Under the pieces are notes generated by a model. The model did no database searches and was not told where the DNA came from. It saw only the letters and a program-made list of their open reading frames with translations. From the human T2T-CHM13v2.0 reference genome, Homo sapiens, in the NCBI RefSeq assembly GCF_009914755.1, contig NC_060931.1: a stretch of 64,000 nt of DNA, one strand, 5' to 3'. The translations under genes and the position numbers were made by a program. This document shows, one piece after another, positions 29,143 through 43,502 of this stretch; positions within the stretch are counted from its first letter, which is position 1; each line of letters opens with the position of its first letter.

Positions 29143-30825
29143 GCTGCAGATCACAGCCGTCATGAGTCTGTAGAATGATTTCACTGTTCTCCTTAGTGTA
29201 CTCCCTAATAGTTCACTAGGAGGATTAGGAAATGATTCCCTAACCCCAACCGAGTAGACTCTATAAGACAATGCTGCAAACAATGGAATCTTAATCTAGT
29301 CCACCGTAGTCCTCAATCAGGGAAAGTACTGCCTCCTCTCGCTCCCAGGGCTCCTGGAAATTCAGGGTGCCCAATATCTGGGGATTACTATATAAAATGG
29401 CCTACAATGCACAGGACAGTCACACAGCACAGAATTGTTCCATCTCAAGTTCCAGCGGTGTCCTGGTTGATAAACAGTCGAATCCTTTTTGTACAGATAA
29501 GAAAAGTGATGTTCAGAGAAGTTTAGTGACTGCCCAAAGTCACAAAGTGAATGGTGCAACTAGCCTGGACTCCTAGGCCGGCTACTTCCATGCGTCTGCA
29601 GCGCCTTCACCAGTGTTACTATAAACACGGACAGCAGCCGAAAGGGAGAGTGCTTTAGGGAAAGATAACTACACTCACTCGGTTACAGAGTACTGTAGTC
29701 TCAGGTGGAATGCACAGTGCCACCAGGAAGGGCTCTTCGCAGTGGAACCCTTTCACTTCTTCTGCTATCATGGTACATACACCCAAGCAAATGAACACTT
29801 TCTAAGTGAGTGCTGCATGGTACACTAACTTTGTCCCGGGCAACCAAGCAGAGCCAAATAAGTTATACAAATTTGATCGTGAGTATGTGAAGCCTTGCTT
29901 AATTTTTGGCCTCAGCAGAGTGCTGGAGTGCCAGACCACCTGCTCCTTCCTGAGGTACTTGTTTCCAGAGTTTTGGATGTCTTTGACTCCTGGACTGTCA
30001 AATCAGAGTGTGTGCAGACATGAACTTGTGCATTTGTGCAAACACACAGGCAGACACACTTCATATAAGGCACAAATGCACTCACAATTAGGAAATTGCT
30101 TCAATGAGCGTCCACATTTAAATAGAGATTACATTGCTAACAACAAATAAAGCCAGATCTTCCTCAAAGAAGGTGGTGCACATCTGGTCTAAGGATGAAT
30201 TTGCATTAGTCAGTACAATAATGAGTCTTTCAGAACATCTGCTTGGTAGGCCCCAGTGTGATTTGTTATGGAAACCTAGACAGATAGAACAATGAATTTC
30301 ACCAACTAACTCCACATTTTTCACATGCTGAATGTTGAAAACACATTGCTTCTATATTTGAAACATATCTGAGTAATGTTCACTACCAAAAGTATCACAA
30401 AACCACAAAAACTAAAGAAAAATTAACAGAAAAAAGTAAATGTTAAAAAAATGAAAACAAAACAAAAAGGACAGAGAAGCCAAAATTCCCTCACCTTATT
30501 ACCCACTGTCCTTAGGAAGTGAGAACAAGACATTTAGGAGCATTAGACAGAAGAGATGTTGCATTAATAAGAAAAAAGAAGAAAGAATTTAATTTATAGC
30601 ATGATGATCAAATCAAAGACATGTTTTTTAAAGAAAACTAGAAATGTAAATTTCATGTTTATTAGTAAATGTCTGTGAAGATACCTACTTTTAAATGTGT
30701 GTGAGCATATACACACATAATATCTGCTGTGGAAATGTGATTAATTTATTAACCTCACTAAGCCTCAGCTTCCTCAAAATATGGGCATAGTCTTGATCTC
30801 CATGGTTTCTTTTAGTCCTATGGTT

Positions 30826-30905
30826 CTAGGTTGGTGCCAAAGTAACTGTGGGTTTTGCCATTAAAAGTAATGACAAGACCCACAATTACGTTGGCACCAA
30901 CCTAA
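30826..30905. mobile_element. Full-length 80-bp MADE1 (Hsmar1 MITE) in intron 13
   Basis: ctaggttggtgccaaagtaactgtgggttttgccattaaaagtaatgacaagacccacaattacgttggcaccaacctaa, a near-perfect palindrome. Confidence 0.92.
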
Positions 30906-32653
30906 TATGACTGAATTACTTTATGAAATATTTCACACATTGGGACATCTCAATGTTGCTGAGCCAAATCGCTGTAATTTTTATTTCTACCAATTTTCTT
31001 TTTAAACAATGGGTGTTTGAAGAGAAAATGACAATTTTCTTGAGCTAGGAATGTACACTAAAAGTAGAAGAGATTTTGGGTTCTTGGAATATCCCAAGAA
31101 TATAAATCATCGGTTTCATGACATAATCTAAGACTGCAAATTAACTTTCTTTGTTTTGTTAAACACGTGAGGATAAACCGTTGAATGTTCTGTACAATTA
31201 TTATACAGGTAGGCTTTATTTTAAGAATAGACATGTGCTCCCCTTCAAAAAAAGTATATAAAACACAGTTTATGAACTGATTAAAATACAGTGATCAACC
31301 ATAATGTATAAACATCTTATTAAGATACTTTTTTAAAGCAAAGTACAGCTACCCACTGATAAATCATGATAAATCTGCATAGCTGATTTGTGTTATTTTT
31401 GGCTAGACTTAATGTCACTCTCTAAGACTCTTAAGAATTCAAAGACAAACTCAGTAAGTCATTAAAACATAGCTTCTCACCGTCTCAATGGTAAGATTGT
31501 GCATTATTTCCCACCCACACGTACTGTGACATCACTCATGAATTCATAGGCTCTCCATCCGATAGACTGCTCTAATTTTAAGAAAATGCTGGCTTTAAGT
31601 ATAAATCTGTTTGCCTGATTGTTTCCGTGCATCCGGCAGTCTGAGCATGAAACTTCTCTCTGGTACACTTCCTTCACAGGTTAGAGAGTGACAGCCCAGA
31701 ACCCAATATATTTGCACAATTAAATCCATTCTACGCATGGCCAGATGGGCTGAATCTCCTCTACTATACTATCTACTCTTAATTTTTCTTGTTGTCTTTG
31801 AAATTTTTAGGTGTTTTATAAAATCACATTCATGAAGCGAAGTCACGAACTGAGGTTTGAAAGAAGCTGAAAGAGTAGCAGAGCCCACATGTCCTATTAG
31901 TCTCCAAACACAAAGATTGCCTACTGAATCTTCCAGATCCCTCTCTCATGCTCTGCCTTACTGGTTCAGGCCCAACTGCAGAAGTGGTCTCCAGTTTACC
32001 CAGTTTCTAGACTGGTACTGGAGTGGTTTCCTCAAAAAACAAGAACAAAAAAACAAACAAAAAAACTCACCCCTGCTATGCTGTTCCCCTCCCACCCCTG
32101 TGCTCCTCTGCCTCCTCATCCTCCTCAGCTCTTCCCTCTGGAGCACTGAACTCCTGTCCCATGGCTTCCTCTGCCCCGACTGACCGGCAGTCCGTCCCTC
32201 TCCTGAATCCTCTTTACACAGACTTGTGTGTAAGCCTCCATCACACTGCACGGTATTTGTTTTTCAGTCTATCTATCCCACTGGACTGTAAACTCCTAAA
32301 GAATATGGGCCATGGCCTATTTACCTTGGGGTCACCAGGGCAAAGAAGACAGAAAGCATGTTTACAGGAAGAGTCAATGAATGATTTTCGACATTACAGA
32401 CACGCTGGAGAGACAGACAGTCGTGTCTTTCTTCCTTCCATGGCACAGTGGTATGGTTCTGGGAGGGATTTTAAAAATCAGTTAGGAAACCTGGAAACTC
32501 TTTTTCTGAGCTGATCGACTTCACGTAAGCAATACGGGTCACTGCCCTCATCGCCTCCTCAGATCAGAGACAGCCTGACACAGTGAGGACCGGGAAGTCC
32601 TGTCCCTCTATGCACCCTACCTGGCTCTTTTAAATGGGCCTGCTGTGAAGTCA

Positions 32654-33034
<381 letters not shown>

Positions 33035-33297
33035 TTATGGTTGCTCATTACATTTTTAATCCTTTCAAAACACTTTCACAAGGCTTTGAGGTGTTCAGAT
33101 ACCTCTAGGAACTAATAGTTTAATAAGGCCATTAGAACACTGTTCCGTGTCCATAGAATTTAGCTTTAATAGATTATGGCTTGAGAGAGAGGCTCAGGGA
33201 GAACTAAGAATGTGTAAATTGCCTTGATGTTCTTGGAAGCATTTACACTGTGAGTGAGAAGTATCACGGTGCCATAATAGGCACTCAATAGATATTT

Positions 33298-33326
33298 GAT
33301 GATGATGATGATGATGATGACGATGA
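33298..33326. repeat. (GAT)n trinucleotide repeat
   Basis: gatgatgatgatgatgatgatgacgatga, probably an L2/MIR tail. Confidence 0.85.
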
Positions 33327-36269
33327 CTATGAAGATGGCTTAAAAGACACCCATCATCTAATCAGGAGAAGACTGCACACCTTTCAGAAGAGATTGTGTG
33401 ACAAAGTTTTTTATGGATGTCCTGGTTGTGAGATCTAATATCACTCTGATCCTTTTGAAAATGTGCTATTTATGCACAGGCATAATTTAAAAATTGCCGA
33501 TGGCATCTCCCATGTTAGATGACACTAAAATGTGCTCCTTTGGGTAGCATTACAAGTGTGGGGATGTTCAGGGCTCAAAATAGCCAGAACCTTTCTGCTC
33601 TTTGAAGTTGGAAAGCCCTGTTACAGACTGTCCATGAATCCTCATCATAAACTGCAGAGGGCTGACGGATGTTCTGGGGACCAGGATTTCTGGTCTGTTT
33701 TCTTCTCCTCAGTGAATTTATAACTAAGGTCTATAAATTATTTCATGCTAATTTCATTTTCTATGTGGGTCAGTGATCAAGCCTAAGGATACAGTCATAA
33801 AAAATTATGCGGATGCTTATATAAGCGGATTATTTTCTGAAATCACAGAACTGCTGACCTTTGGCTCATGACCAACATCGGATTTGTGAGTTTGTTCACT
33901 TGGCTTAAAATATAATATACGCAAGAATGCTTTCATGAATATATATTTATATCTATGTATAGCAGAGGATGAGCTTTTACGTAAGCAAGCGTCATGAAAA
34001 GCAGGATTACTATAATGTACCTATTATATTTAAAAGGATGCCGTGTCTTGTAGAATGTATGTCTAAAAGATGCTTTTTCACTAAAAGCCCAAGAACAGAC
34101 TGAGTGCTACCTAAAATGCTGAAATGTCCTAATGCAGTGAAGCAAAGATCCTGAAACTGAGAGGTTTCACCTCCAAACCTGAGACTCCTTTGGGCAGAAT
34201 TGATTCCCATTAACTATGAATTACATCTATTCAGGAGCTTGTGTGATTTGCAGCATATATATATATAATAAGATGAGCACATCAAATTCTATGCATTAGG
34301 GACAAAAGACTGGCTCTGATAATTAGTGCCATTACCTTACAGTGTTCTGACACAGGCCCTATGCTTGCTCACAGCATTCCTGTGACAGGTTGTTCCATCA
34401 ACAGGCAGACTGGGATATATGGGGCAGAGGTATGGAGACCAGAAGGAGAGAGGGAGCACAAAGCCTGCATGTTTGGAGAGCTACTCTTCCTGTAAATATA
34501 TGGATGTACATTATGGGTTAGCTTAGAACCAAGGACGCAGCCAATATGTAATGAGATACAAATGTGTCGGCTCCTGCACTTCCAGAAACAACAGCCCATA
34601 CAGGTGCACCTGTGCCCGTGTGCCCTTGTGTGTGAACATACACATTATCTACCCACAAAAATTCACAAATTCACAAGAATACAGGTTCAGGAAATGTATA
34701 CCTCACAACAACATAACATAAACAAAATATATTAACCCTTCACACAACTTTTGCCCACAAATTTTGTTGTGATCAGTGACTGAAATAAAATATAATTAGA
34801 GACTAAGAAAAATGTTCTCAGACTTACTGAAGTGCAAGATTCTGCAAGCACAAAGTTGCATACAACAAAATTTAATCATAAGGAATACAAAATCTGATAG
34901 GAAAAATAAGAAGATGCAATGATCTGTAATATAAAGTGTGAAAGCTATGTAAGGATATAGACAGAGGAGGGATCATTTTTCAGCTAGGATAATCATGGGA
35001 GGCATCAGTTATTAAGATTCTATATCTGGGCTTAATGCCCAGCTCACGGGATTATCAGTAAGTGCTAAATTAGATCATGTACATGAAGTGCTTACCAGGA
35101 TGCATGGAACATAGTAAGCACTCAATATACAGAGCTTTTATTAGGAGTCATTTTACTTGGGATGCCAAAAAGAAGTGTCCTCAGCAAAGGTCCAGTGGCA
35201 GAACCACTTCATGCACCTAAGCATGGCAGTGCACAGCACCAGCTTCTGGAAGGTTTCATTCATGGTCATGATAGTGAGAGGTCAGGACTAGAGGGATGAG
35301 CTTGGGCCCTGTGAGAACTGACACTTACACAACCTTAGGGAGTCTCAAGTCTCCCTATAGGAAAGAGGGAGCCATTGCAGCTTTCTAGAGAGGGAGGTTC
35401 AACCGAATCAGAGCTCAGGAAACTTGTTTAGCGGTATCTTTGGGGGAAAAATGAGCTGTCTGATCTGGAGTAAGAAGTCCTGTCAGAGCTACGGTCAGTC
35501 TAGCAGCCCTAAATGAGCAGGACAGCCAGAGGAACAGAGAAGTGCCAGCAATTACTCCCTTCCCATTACAGTCCATTATTTTCTTGGCCACACTTAGAAC
35601 AGCAAAGGGCTTGGCACATAAATAGCTTTAAGTATTTGTTCAATGAATAAATGAAGTTGCAAATAAGAGAGGAAATAAATGAAGGCAAATCACTTGATTC
35701 ATCTAGGATTGTGAAATTGCACAAATCTGGATTTCCTGGACAAACTTAGTTTTGATGCGTCTGAAAATGTCCATCAGTCACACACAGGGCCAAAGTCTTG
35801 CATATAGAAGAGAGAAGTATAATTTGTTTGTAAATATGTCTGTGGGTAGAATTTTAATTATGTATTTATGATAAAAGTTAGTAATTTAAGTAAATTGCTC
35901 AAGTGTGGTCAATGACATTACTACCCAAGATATCCTTATCTTTTAATCTTATAACAAACACTCAACTCTCACACAACATTGCACTTTTTACCTTGGAGAA
36001 GAACACAAGCTCAACTACACCACAATTAAAGCAAACAGACATGTACAAATATTTTAGGTCCATAAAAAGACAAAAAAGCTTGGTAATTGTCTTTATATGT
36101 GTGCATTCTGATCCTAACATACCCTCTGTCCAAACTTCTCCATGATAATAGGAGACAGCATTGGCCTAACATCTATAGGAATGAATGCCCCCTAAATTTC
36201 TAGTCAAAATTACACTTAAATCTATGAAATATATGAAATACATTCTGTTAAGTCAAAACCCCTTAAAAT

Positions 36270-36506
36270 TTTAAATTGAAATATAATTCACATGCCATAA
36301 AAATAATCCCTTTAAATTGCACAATTCAGTGGCATTAGTACATTCTAGACATTGTGTAATCATCACCATTACCTAATTCCAGAATATCTTCACCACCCCA
36401 ACAAAAAAACCTTGTATCCATTAGCAGTCATCACTATTCCCTCTCCCCTCTGCTTTTGGCAACCACTGATCTACTTTCTATCTCTATGTATCTATCTATT
36501 CTAGAC
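36270..36506 (-). mobile_element. L1MB-type LINE-1 3' end fragment
   Basis: aatataattcacat.ccataaaa...acaattcagtggcattagtacatt...ggcaaccactgatctactttct.tctctatg. Confidence 0.8.
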
Positions 36507-37622
36507 TCCCTAAAATTTTGTACAAAACAAGTGTAATAGATTATATTCCAGCTACTGCATACTGTAAAAGCATTTTTACATTAAAAATGGAGATGTGGCA
36601 TCTTTAAAATGTCTTCAAACAGTTAGAAAATGAGATTCCGAATAACTCCAGTTTCCATGACCTTTTCACACAGAAAGTTGGTATATATATGAACTTACAT
36701 GTGTGAGTTTATGAGTGAGTGTGCTTTTTACAGAGTGCAGTTAATCCCTTTAGAGATGTTTTTGCTCTGTCAGTTTCAGCTGAAGAAAACATGGTGAGAA
36801 CCATCTTTGCCACCTTAAAGCCAAAAGTCCACTGAGCAGAATGGCTCACTTTGTTTCTATCAAGATTCTCTCTGCCCAGCTCTCTGTCTGAAAGATCATG
36901 AATGTGTTTGACCTGCACTGGTGAGATGAAATGACAGCCACTCCAGGGTCTCATGTGTGCACGATGTTCCTTCTCTAACACATTTCAAGCAAACTGATGA
37001 CACGCTGTGGTGCTGAACTATGTCTCATGTTAACAAATTCTGGTTAGCTATCCTATTTCCACTCAAAATGTGGGGAGTCCTTTTGTTAATCTCTCAATAC
37101 ATTCAAGAGAAGATTTCACAGACAAGCCAGAATTTGAGCTAGACCTCCAAGGCCAAATTGGAAGTCTGTAGGAAGATGTTCACTAAAATGTAAGCAATGA
37201 ATTTGGAATAATTTTTATTCTTATGCCTCTCTACAATTTAGGGGGGATCGCTACCTAAAAATAACAGTAACACAACAGGAATCACCCTGAAGCTTTACTC
37301 AATATGTTTTCTTAAGTAACTGCCTAGAAAGTATTCTGGGTTTCTGAGACCATTTTCCAAGATCCTTTGGAATTTAGAATGTCTGAAAATTGCATTTAGC
37401 CAAGGCTGGTTGCTCTGTAAAAATCTTTTTTGATATAATACCATTTGAAGATACCACTTGGAGGAAGCAAATAAAAGTGGATGACTTAGCAGGAAGCTGT
37501 CAGCTGTCAACATGCTACTTCTTAATATATCCTTGGGGCTTATGGGGTCATCCTTTGCATGGATTCCTGCTATTTTGGGCAGCGTGACTGGCTCAGATTC
37601 CAAGTCAAATGCTCCCACTGTT

Positions 37623-37640
37623 TGACCAGTAGGTGGCAGT
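37623..37640 (+). promoter_or_regulatory. Candidate CTCF binding motif in intron 12
   Basis: TGACCAGTAGGTGGCAGT fully matches CCASYAGRKGGCRS. Confidence 0.65.
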
Positions 37641-37895
37641 TCAAAACAACATGAAACTAGTAAGTTCGCAGGGGTTTTAAGAAGTTTCCTCCTCATCTCT
37701 TATTATTCTCCAAATAAGATCCAGTTTCCAGTCCCACCTAGGAAGCTCAAGCCTTCACCTGCAGGGGCAGAGCCCCTCATGCTGGGAATGGCCAAGGGGA
37801 AAACAAAACAGAACACACTGCGCCTTCCCATGTGCCTTCCCCGGGATAGTTCTTTGTTTCCTTATGCAAGCTCCATGCCCACTGAGGATGCTTAC

Positions 37896-38060
37896 CTCAT
37901 TGGAATGCGTTCTGTTTTGGTGTTTGGCGCGATCAGAGGCATTTGAGAAAGCCTTGTTGCAACCTTCGTGCTCACAGACGTATGGTTTCTCTCCAGTGTG
38001 AGATCTCAAGTGTGTTTTCAAGTTTTCTAGTCTCGAGTAGGCCTTTGTGCAACCTTCAAA
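37896..38060 (-). CDS. GLI3: GLI3 exon 12 (165 nt): zinc fingers 3-4
   Basis: Acceptor gtcctcAG|TTTGAAGGT, donor AATGAG|GTAAGC. Encodes [55 protein letters not shown]. Confidence 0.97.
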
Positions 38061-38870
38061 CTGAGGACAACAGGTAAATCTGGATTACTCTGCACAATGG
38101 CAACAGCAGCTTATGCCTAACACGCCCTCCAAGTTGATGAAAAACTGATGTTTCAAGGGTCAGCAGCTTTTCAAAACCCAGGAACAAAAAGTCCACTAAA
38201 CTCTGCATTTATTGGGATTCAGATGTAGCTTGGTGTAGTTCCAGATAAAGAGTTTTCAGTGCCAGTAAAAGTCCTGAAGTTTTTTTTTTTAATAGACCGC
38301 TCAATGTGGACAATGGGTTTCATTATCTGCTCATTGATCTCCTCAAATTCCCACTGATTTCAGATTCAGCACAAAGTTCATTAATATAGCTTTGTGTCCA
38401 TACAAAGACATGGAATTTGATCATGTTTGTAAAGGGCCTTTAAGATGTAAAGTACCAGGGCTCAGCGTGCCCAGTGCGCCTCGTGGGCACCTCAGTGAAG
38501 AATGCACAACCTTGCGGCACCCCCTTCCCATTCCATACGCCTATGCCTGAGGACTCACTAGGAAAGGAAGGGAAAACTTTAAAACCTCGTATAGGGATTA
38601 GCTGTTTTAAAAGTCAACTTCAACTCTGTAAGTTGGAAGCTGGCACTTCCCTTTGCCTTCCAAGCCCCGTGGTACCATAAGCTGTTGGGCTGCGGCCAGC
38701 AGGGTGGCCCGCTATTCATTCCCAGTGCCAGCCACCACTGCCCCCTTGCCACTGTGCAGAGCTGCGCTGTCCAACTCAGTCACTCAAACACCGAGGCATT
38801 TATCACCAGACAATACTCTAGTCCTCTTCTCTTGCCACCCAACCACGCTTCCCCTGAGCTGGTGTCATCA

Positions 38871-39128
<258 letters not shown>

Positions 39129-40919
39129 TCATCATTTCTGAAGGCGACAGAAGAAAATGCAGAAAATACCCCAATCTTAAAAATTCTAAAGACCACAAGA
39201 ATAACTTTACCATATTACAGATTATAAAAATTCCAGTTAGTACACTTCTCAAGTAAATTTGCTTTTGCTAACTGTGTATGCATGCTTCCTAACCAGTGGG
39301 AGTGGCAAGACCGGGATGGAGCCTGGCATTCCAGGAAATATACTACAGTACACTGGCCATCTGAAGAGCAGAGTTCAATTCCAGGTTTGGGACCAGCTAG
39401 TTATGAAATGAGGTGAGCCACTGTTGACCTTTCTGAATCTCTGTCATTTTTCCTTGCCAAGGCTGGCGATTGAGGCTAAACAACTGCAGAGATGTTCTCC
39501 AACTCTCACATGCTGGGCCATGGGTTAGCACCGCGGCTTAGGCTTCAAAAAGGGAAGGCACACACAGACATGCACAATTCCAGAACAAAAAAACCAAAAG
39601 CACTTGCAAATGAAACTTTAGCTCAGGGTTAATCAGACTGCTTCCTGAATAAGAATTGCAGAGAAAAGAATTATACTGAGGAAGAGGACTGTGTGGTCAT
39701 CAACAAATAAGTTAGTCTTTCAGGGCCTTGGTTTTCTTCTTGTAGAAAATAAATGACTGGATTCACTAGTTGCTAAGGGACTTTCTAGCTCTAAAATTCT
39801 ATTAATACAGTTTTTAACATAAAGATGAAGTTCTCTGAATTACTTACCAATTCATGGTTTTAGAATCATTTAATTTCTTGGATTAATACAATTAGGAATC
39901 ATTAGAAACCTACTGCAGCATGAGAGGAAGAGAAGCTTCTTAATTTGAATCAAATTAAGGTCAATTTCAACAGGTTGAGCATACTATTTCAATGTCCAGC
40001 TATGGACTACTGAAGACATTTGCATCCTAGGTTGATGCTGTTGGTCTTTATTTTCTGGTGATTCTACATTTTATTTGCCTTAATTTAAGGCTTGTGGGAA
40101 CACTTTCTGAAGTATACATAGAACTACATCACCAAAAAACTTCGTTCAATAAGAGAAAGCTCCCTTTGGCTCCATGCCTCGTGTGGTAGTGACACAACCT
40201 CTCATTACTTTCCTGCTGAGTCCAGGGCTCCTAAAGCGGTGGTCGCTGTGAGTCTGAAGGTGAAGTTCTGCCCTCAGAGTGTGCCTTTCCCAGTTACTCC
40301 ACTAGATGGCCTTTCGCTTTAGGTAAAAAAAAGTTTTACAAAAGTAAAGTTTTCTATGCTGTTTCTGGAGTTTAAAACTGGGTGAGGACAGAGAAAAGAA
40401 ATTGTTGTTCTCTATCTCCTCTCCTTGGAGCAGTTCCCAGAAAAATCTGATGAAGAGCAGAGAGAGAGTGGTACATTGCAGCACACAAGAAGAGAGCCAA
40501 TGTCCCGTCAGTAGCTCCAAAAATGACACAGAAACTGCAGTGGTTGGGGAGCAACCCCACGGCAAACAGATGTGGGTTTCCTATGAAAAGCCAGCCATGC
40601 TCCATGTCAGTGTTTCTTTAAAGTTATGATGATGCACACAGGTATAGGAAGAGAACAGATGTTCTGGACAGGGGTCAACGTTCAATCCGCACGTCTGCTT
40701 CTAGTAAGTCTTTGTAGCCCATACACAAGACCAGGGCTTTCCCAAATGTGTGCTGAAGCCCAGCCTTGGAAACCAAGCTCACATCTTACAGAGGGGTTCT
40801 ATGGATTCTCAAACGGGAGAAAAAGAAATGATCATACAAAAACACTCCCTAACAGTTGCTCTTGGTTCAGTTTTCCAAGTCATTGGAAATAAAGCTTGGA
40901 TCCTTGGATTAATGCATAT

Positions 40920-41050
40920 GAAAGGGAAAGAAAAAAGGAAGGAAGGGAGGGAGGAAGCAAGGAAGGCAAGCAGAGAGTGAGGGAGACAGAAGGAAAGGGA
41001 AGAATAAGGAAGGAACACAGGAGGGAGAAAGGAAAAGGTAAAATTGGGAA
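40920..41050. repeat. GA-rich low-complexity tract
   Basis: Direct reading (ggaaggaagggagggaggaag...). Confidence 0.8.
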
Positions 41051-41139
41051 ACTGAATTATAATTTGTGCTGAGCCAACTGCTTAAGGTTGGATCCATGTC
41101 TTATTAGTTCCCTGTTCTCTCTCATGCTTTTATGAGGAT

Positions 41140-41620
41140 GTGCTGGGTGCCACTCACACCAGGCCCTGTGCTGGAGAACATGACAGACATGATTCTTGCC
41201 CCAAGGAATTAAGTCTACCAGAGGGAAACAGGTCATGGCTTAAATTACTATACAATTACAGTTGTGATAGGCATTATGAAGGGAGATAACAGGGTTTTAT
41301 AAAAACATGTAATGGGATCATAAGTCAGTGTGCAGCATCAGGAATCAGGGTCCGCTTCTCCAATGAAGCAGCATTTAGAGCAGGACCTGAAGGATGAGTA
41401 GACACATCAGGTGTGCAGGGAAGGATGGGGTAGGAGAATGGGACACTACAGCGGACCGATGACACAGAAGTACCTGCAGAAGAACAGAGCCTGGTGCCTT
41501 TGAGGAACAGCGTGAGGGCCACGCATGGCAGGAGAGAACTGGCCAGGGAGAGACTGCCACCACTTGGCATGGCGAGAAGGCATGAGTTTTCTGTGGGTCA
41601 AGTGGACATCCATGACGTAG
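41140..41620. mobile_element. L2 fragment
   Basis: ccaggccctgtgctggag..acagacatgattcttgccc...gacctgaaggatgagtag pattern. Confidence 0.55.
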
Positions 41621-42773
41621 GTAAGCTTGGGTTAGCTTGCCAGGGCTCACCTAAAATGCTGTGTGCTCAGTCATGTCTCCAGCAGTGAGGATGTGGGAAA
41701 TACCCCTGCATAAAACTCACATACACCCCAGGGGAAAGCCAGGCTTGCATGTCTGCCCCTGAAGAGGAGGGCATCAGGGAAACCTGGTGCTACTCAAGGG
41801 AGCAGGGGTGGCTAAGAAGGAGGTGCCAACAGTGGCCAGTAAAAAAAGGGACTCTCATATTTTCCTTTCCTGTCTCATCCAACACACTGGAGGAGCTGGA
41901 CCCTAGAAAGAAAGGGAAGGCATCTCCTGGCAGCACTCCCAGGCCCCAGCTCCTTTAGGTGAGGTGGCAAAGGGAGGGCAAACAGCCTGCCAGTTCCCTT
42001 GAGGCCTGTGCCTCGCTGCTGACAGGGAAGGGAAGGCTCTGGATTGGACCTGAGATTGGACGTTTAAATTGGACACTTTAGTTATCCAAAGTGACGGGGA
42101 AGGTATAGAATCTGCCTACAATGGTGTTGAGGGATCCGGCACTGAGCAGAGAAGGGAGAACTGGCAACCAGCGGAGGAGGGCAGTGCCTGGAAAAATCCC
42201 AATCATTTCCTATTTATACCGCACCCAGCTTCTTCTACCTTTGCCACTGAGACAATGTGTGGAAATTTGAGTGGCAGGAAATCCCACACCAGTCAGCAAG
42301 CATGAACACCCTTGCTGTTGTCTCCATGTGGGGAGGGGTGGGGGAAACTTATGTTGGGCACTTAAAGCAACCTCATTTTCATAAGGTTAGCATCTTGGGA
42401 ATGTTCCCTTTCCAATCCCTTAGACCCGAGTCCCAACTAATATATTTTTGCAATTTTCTGGAACTGCTCTTAAGTTCAAACTTGCATTGAGACCACAGTT
42501 ATTTTTCTTTAAATGAAATTCTACACCTAGGAGGCTGGGGAACCAAGTCAATCTTCCTCTTCTTTACTGCTTAAATGCTGCACAGAGGATGTAATCAATT
42601 GCTATAAGGAAAAAGGGAGGCATCTCTCTGCCTGTTTAAGCAGTTCAAATGTATTTTAAGCTTAACATATTTCCTAGAACTAGATTTCAAGTGAAAATTA
42701 AAATTCTAAGAACTCACAGACTTAACATGTGCATGTGTTCTAAATATTTACTTTCCTTTAAAAAGCTGCATTG

Positions 42774-43053
42774 GGCCAGGCATGGTGGCTCACACCTGTA
42801 ATCCCCATATTTTGGGAGGCTGAGTCAGGAGGATCACTTGAGCTCCAAGACCAGCCTGAGCAACACAGCGAGACCCCATGTCTAAAAAAAAAATCAGGGT
42901 GTGGTGGTATAGGCTTGTAGTCTCAGCCACTTGTGAGGCTGAGGCAGGAGGGTCACTTGAGCCCAGGAGGTCAAGGCAGTAGTGAGCCAGGTTTGCACTA
43001 CTGCACTCCAGCCTGGGAGAGCAAGAACTTGTCTCAAAAAAAAAAAAAAAAAA
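42774..43053 (+). mobile_element. AluJ-type element
   Basis: ggaggatcacttgag, gagcccaggaggtcaaggc, poly(A); small internal deletions. Confidence 0.9.
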
Positions 43054-43245
43054 GAAAATACATTGTACATTGCCCTCTGCAGTGAGTGTTCATCTGAGGG
43101 CCTATATCACAGTAGGCAGAGCACTGGAGGGCAATGGAGGAAGCATTCCAGACAATTTCTGATGAGTTGTGTACCTTTGGACAGACCAATTCACCTATTT
43201 GGCCCTTACTTTTCTCATCTGTAAAATTAGAGTAATGAATTAGAT

Positions 43246-43502
43246 CAGGTGTTGGCAAACATTTTCTGTAAAAGCTAGATAGTAAATATTTTAGGCTTTA
43301 CAGGGCTGTAAGCAGCCACAGACAACATTTAAATGAATGGGTTATCTGTTCATTTATGAATGTGGAAAACTTTCACGTGTCACAAAATATTCTTTGACTT
43401 TTTTTTCAACTTTTAAAAAGTCTAAAAACCATTCTTAGCTCATAGGCTGCACAGAAACAAGCAGCTGGATTTGGCCTATGGGCCATTGACTGCTAATCCC
43501 CA
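43246..43502 (+). mobile_element. MER58B hAT MITE
   Basis: caggtgttggcaaacattttctgtaaa..agatagtaaatattttaggcttt...ttcacgtgtcacaaaatatt...aaaaaccattcttagctc...ggatttggcc. Confidence 0.8.

Noticed and set aside
28976-29283. KKER-repeat and SFFL-repeat ORFs
   Set aside because: Translations of the (GAAA)n microsatellite.
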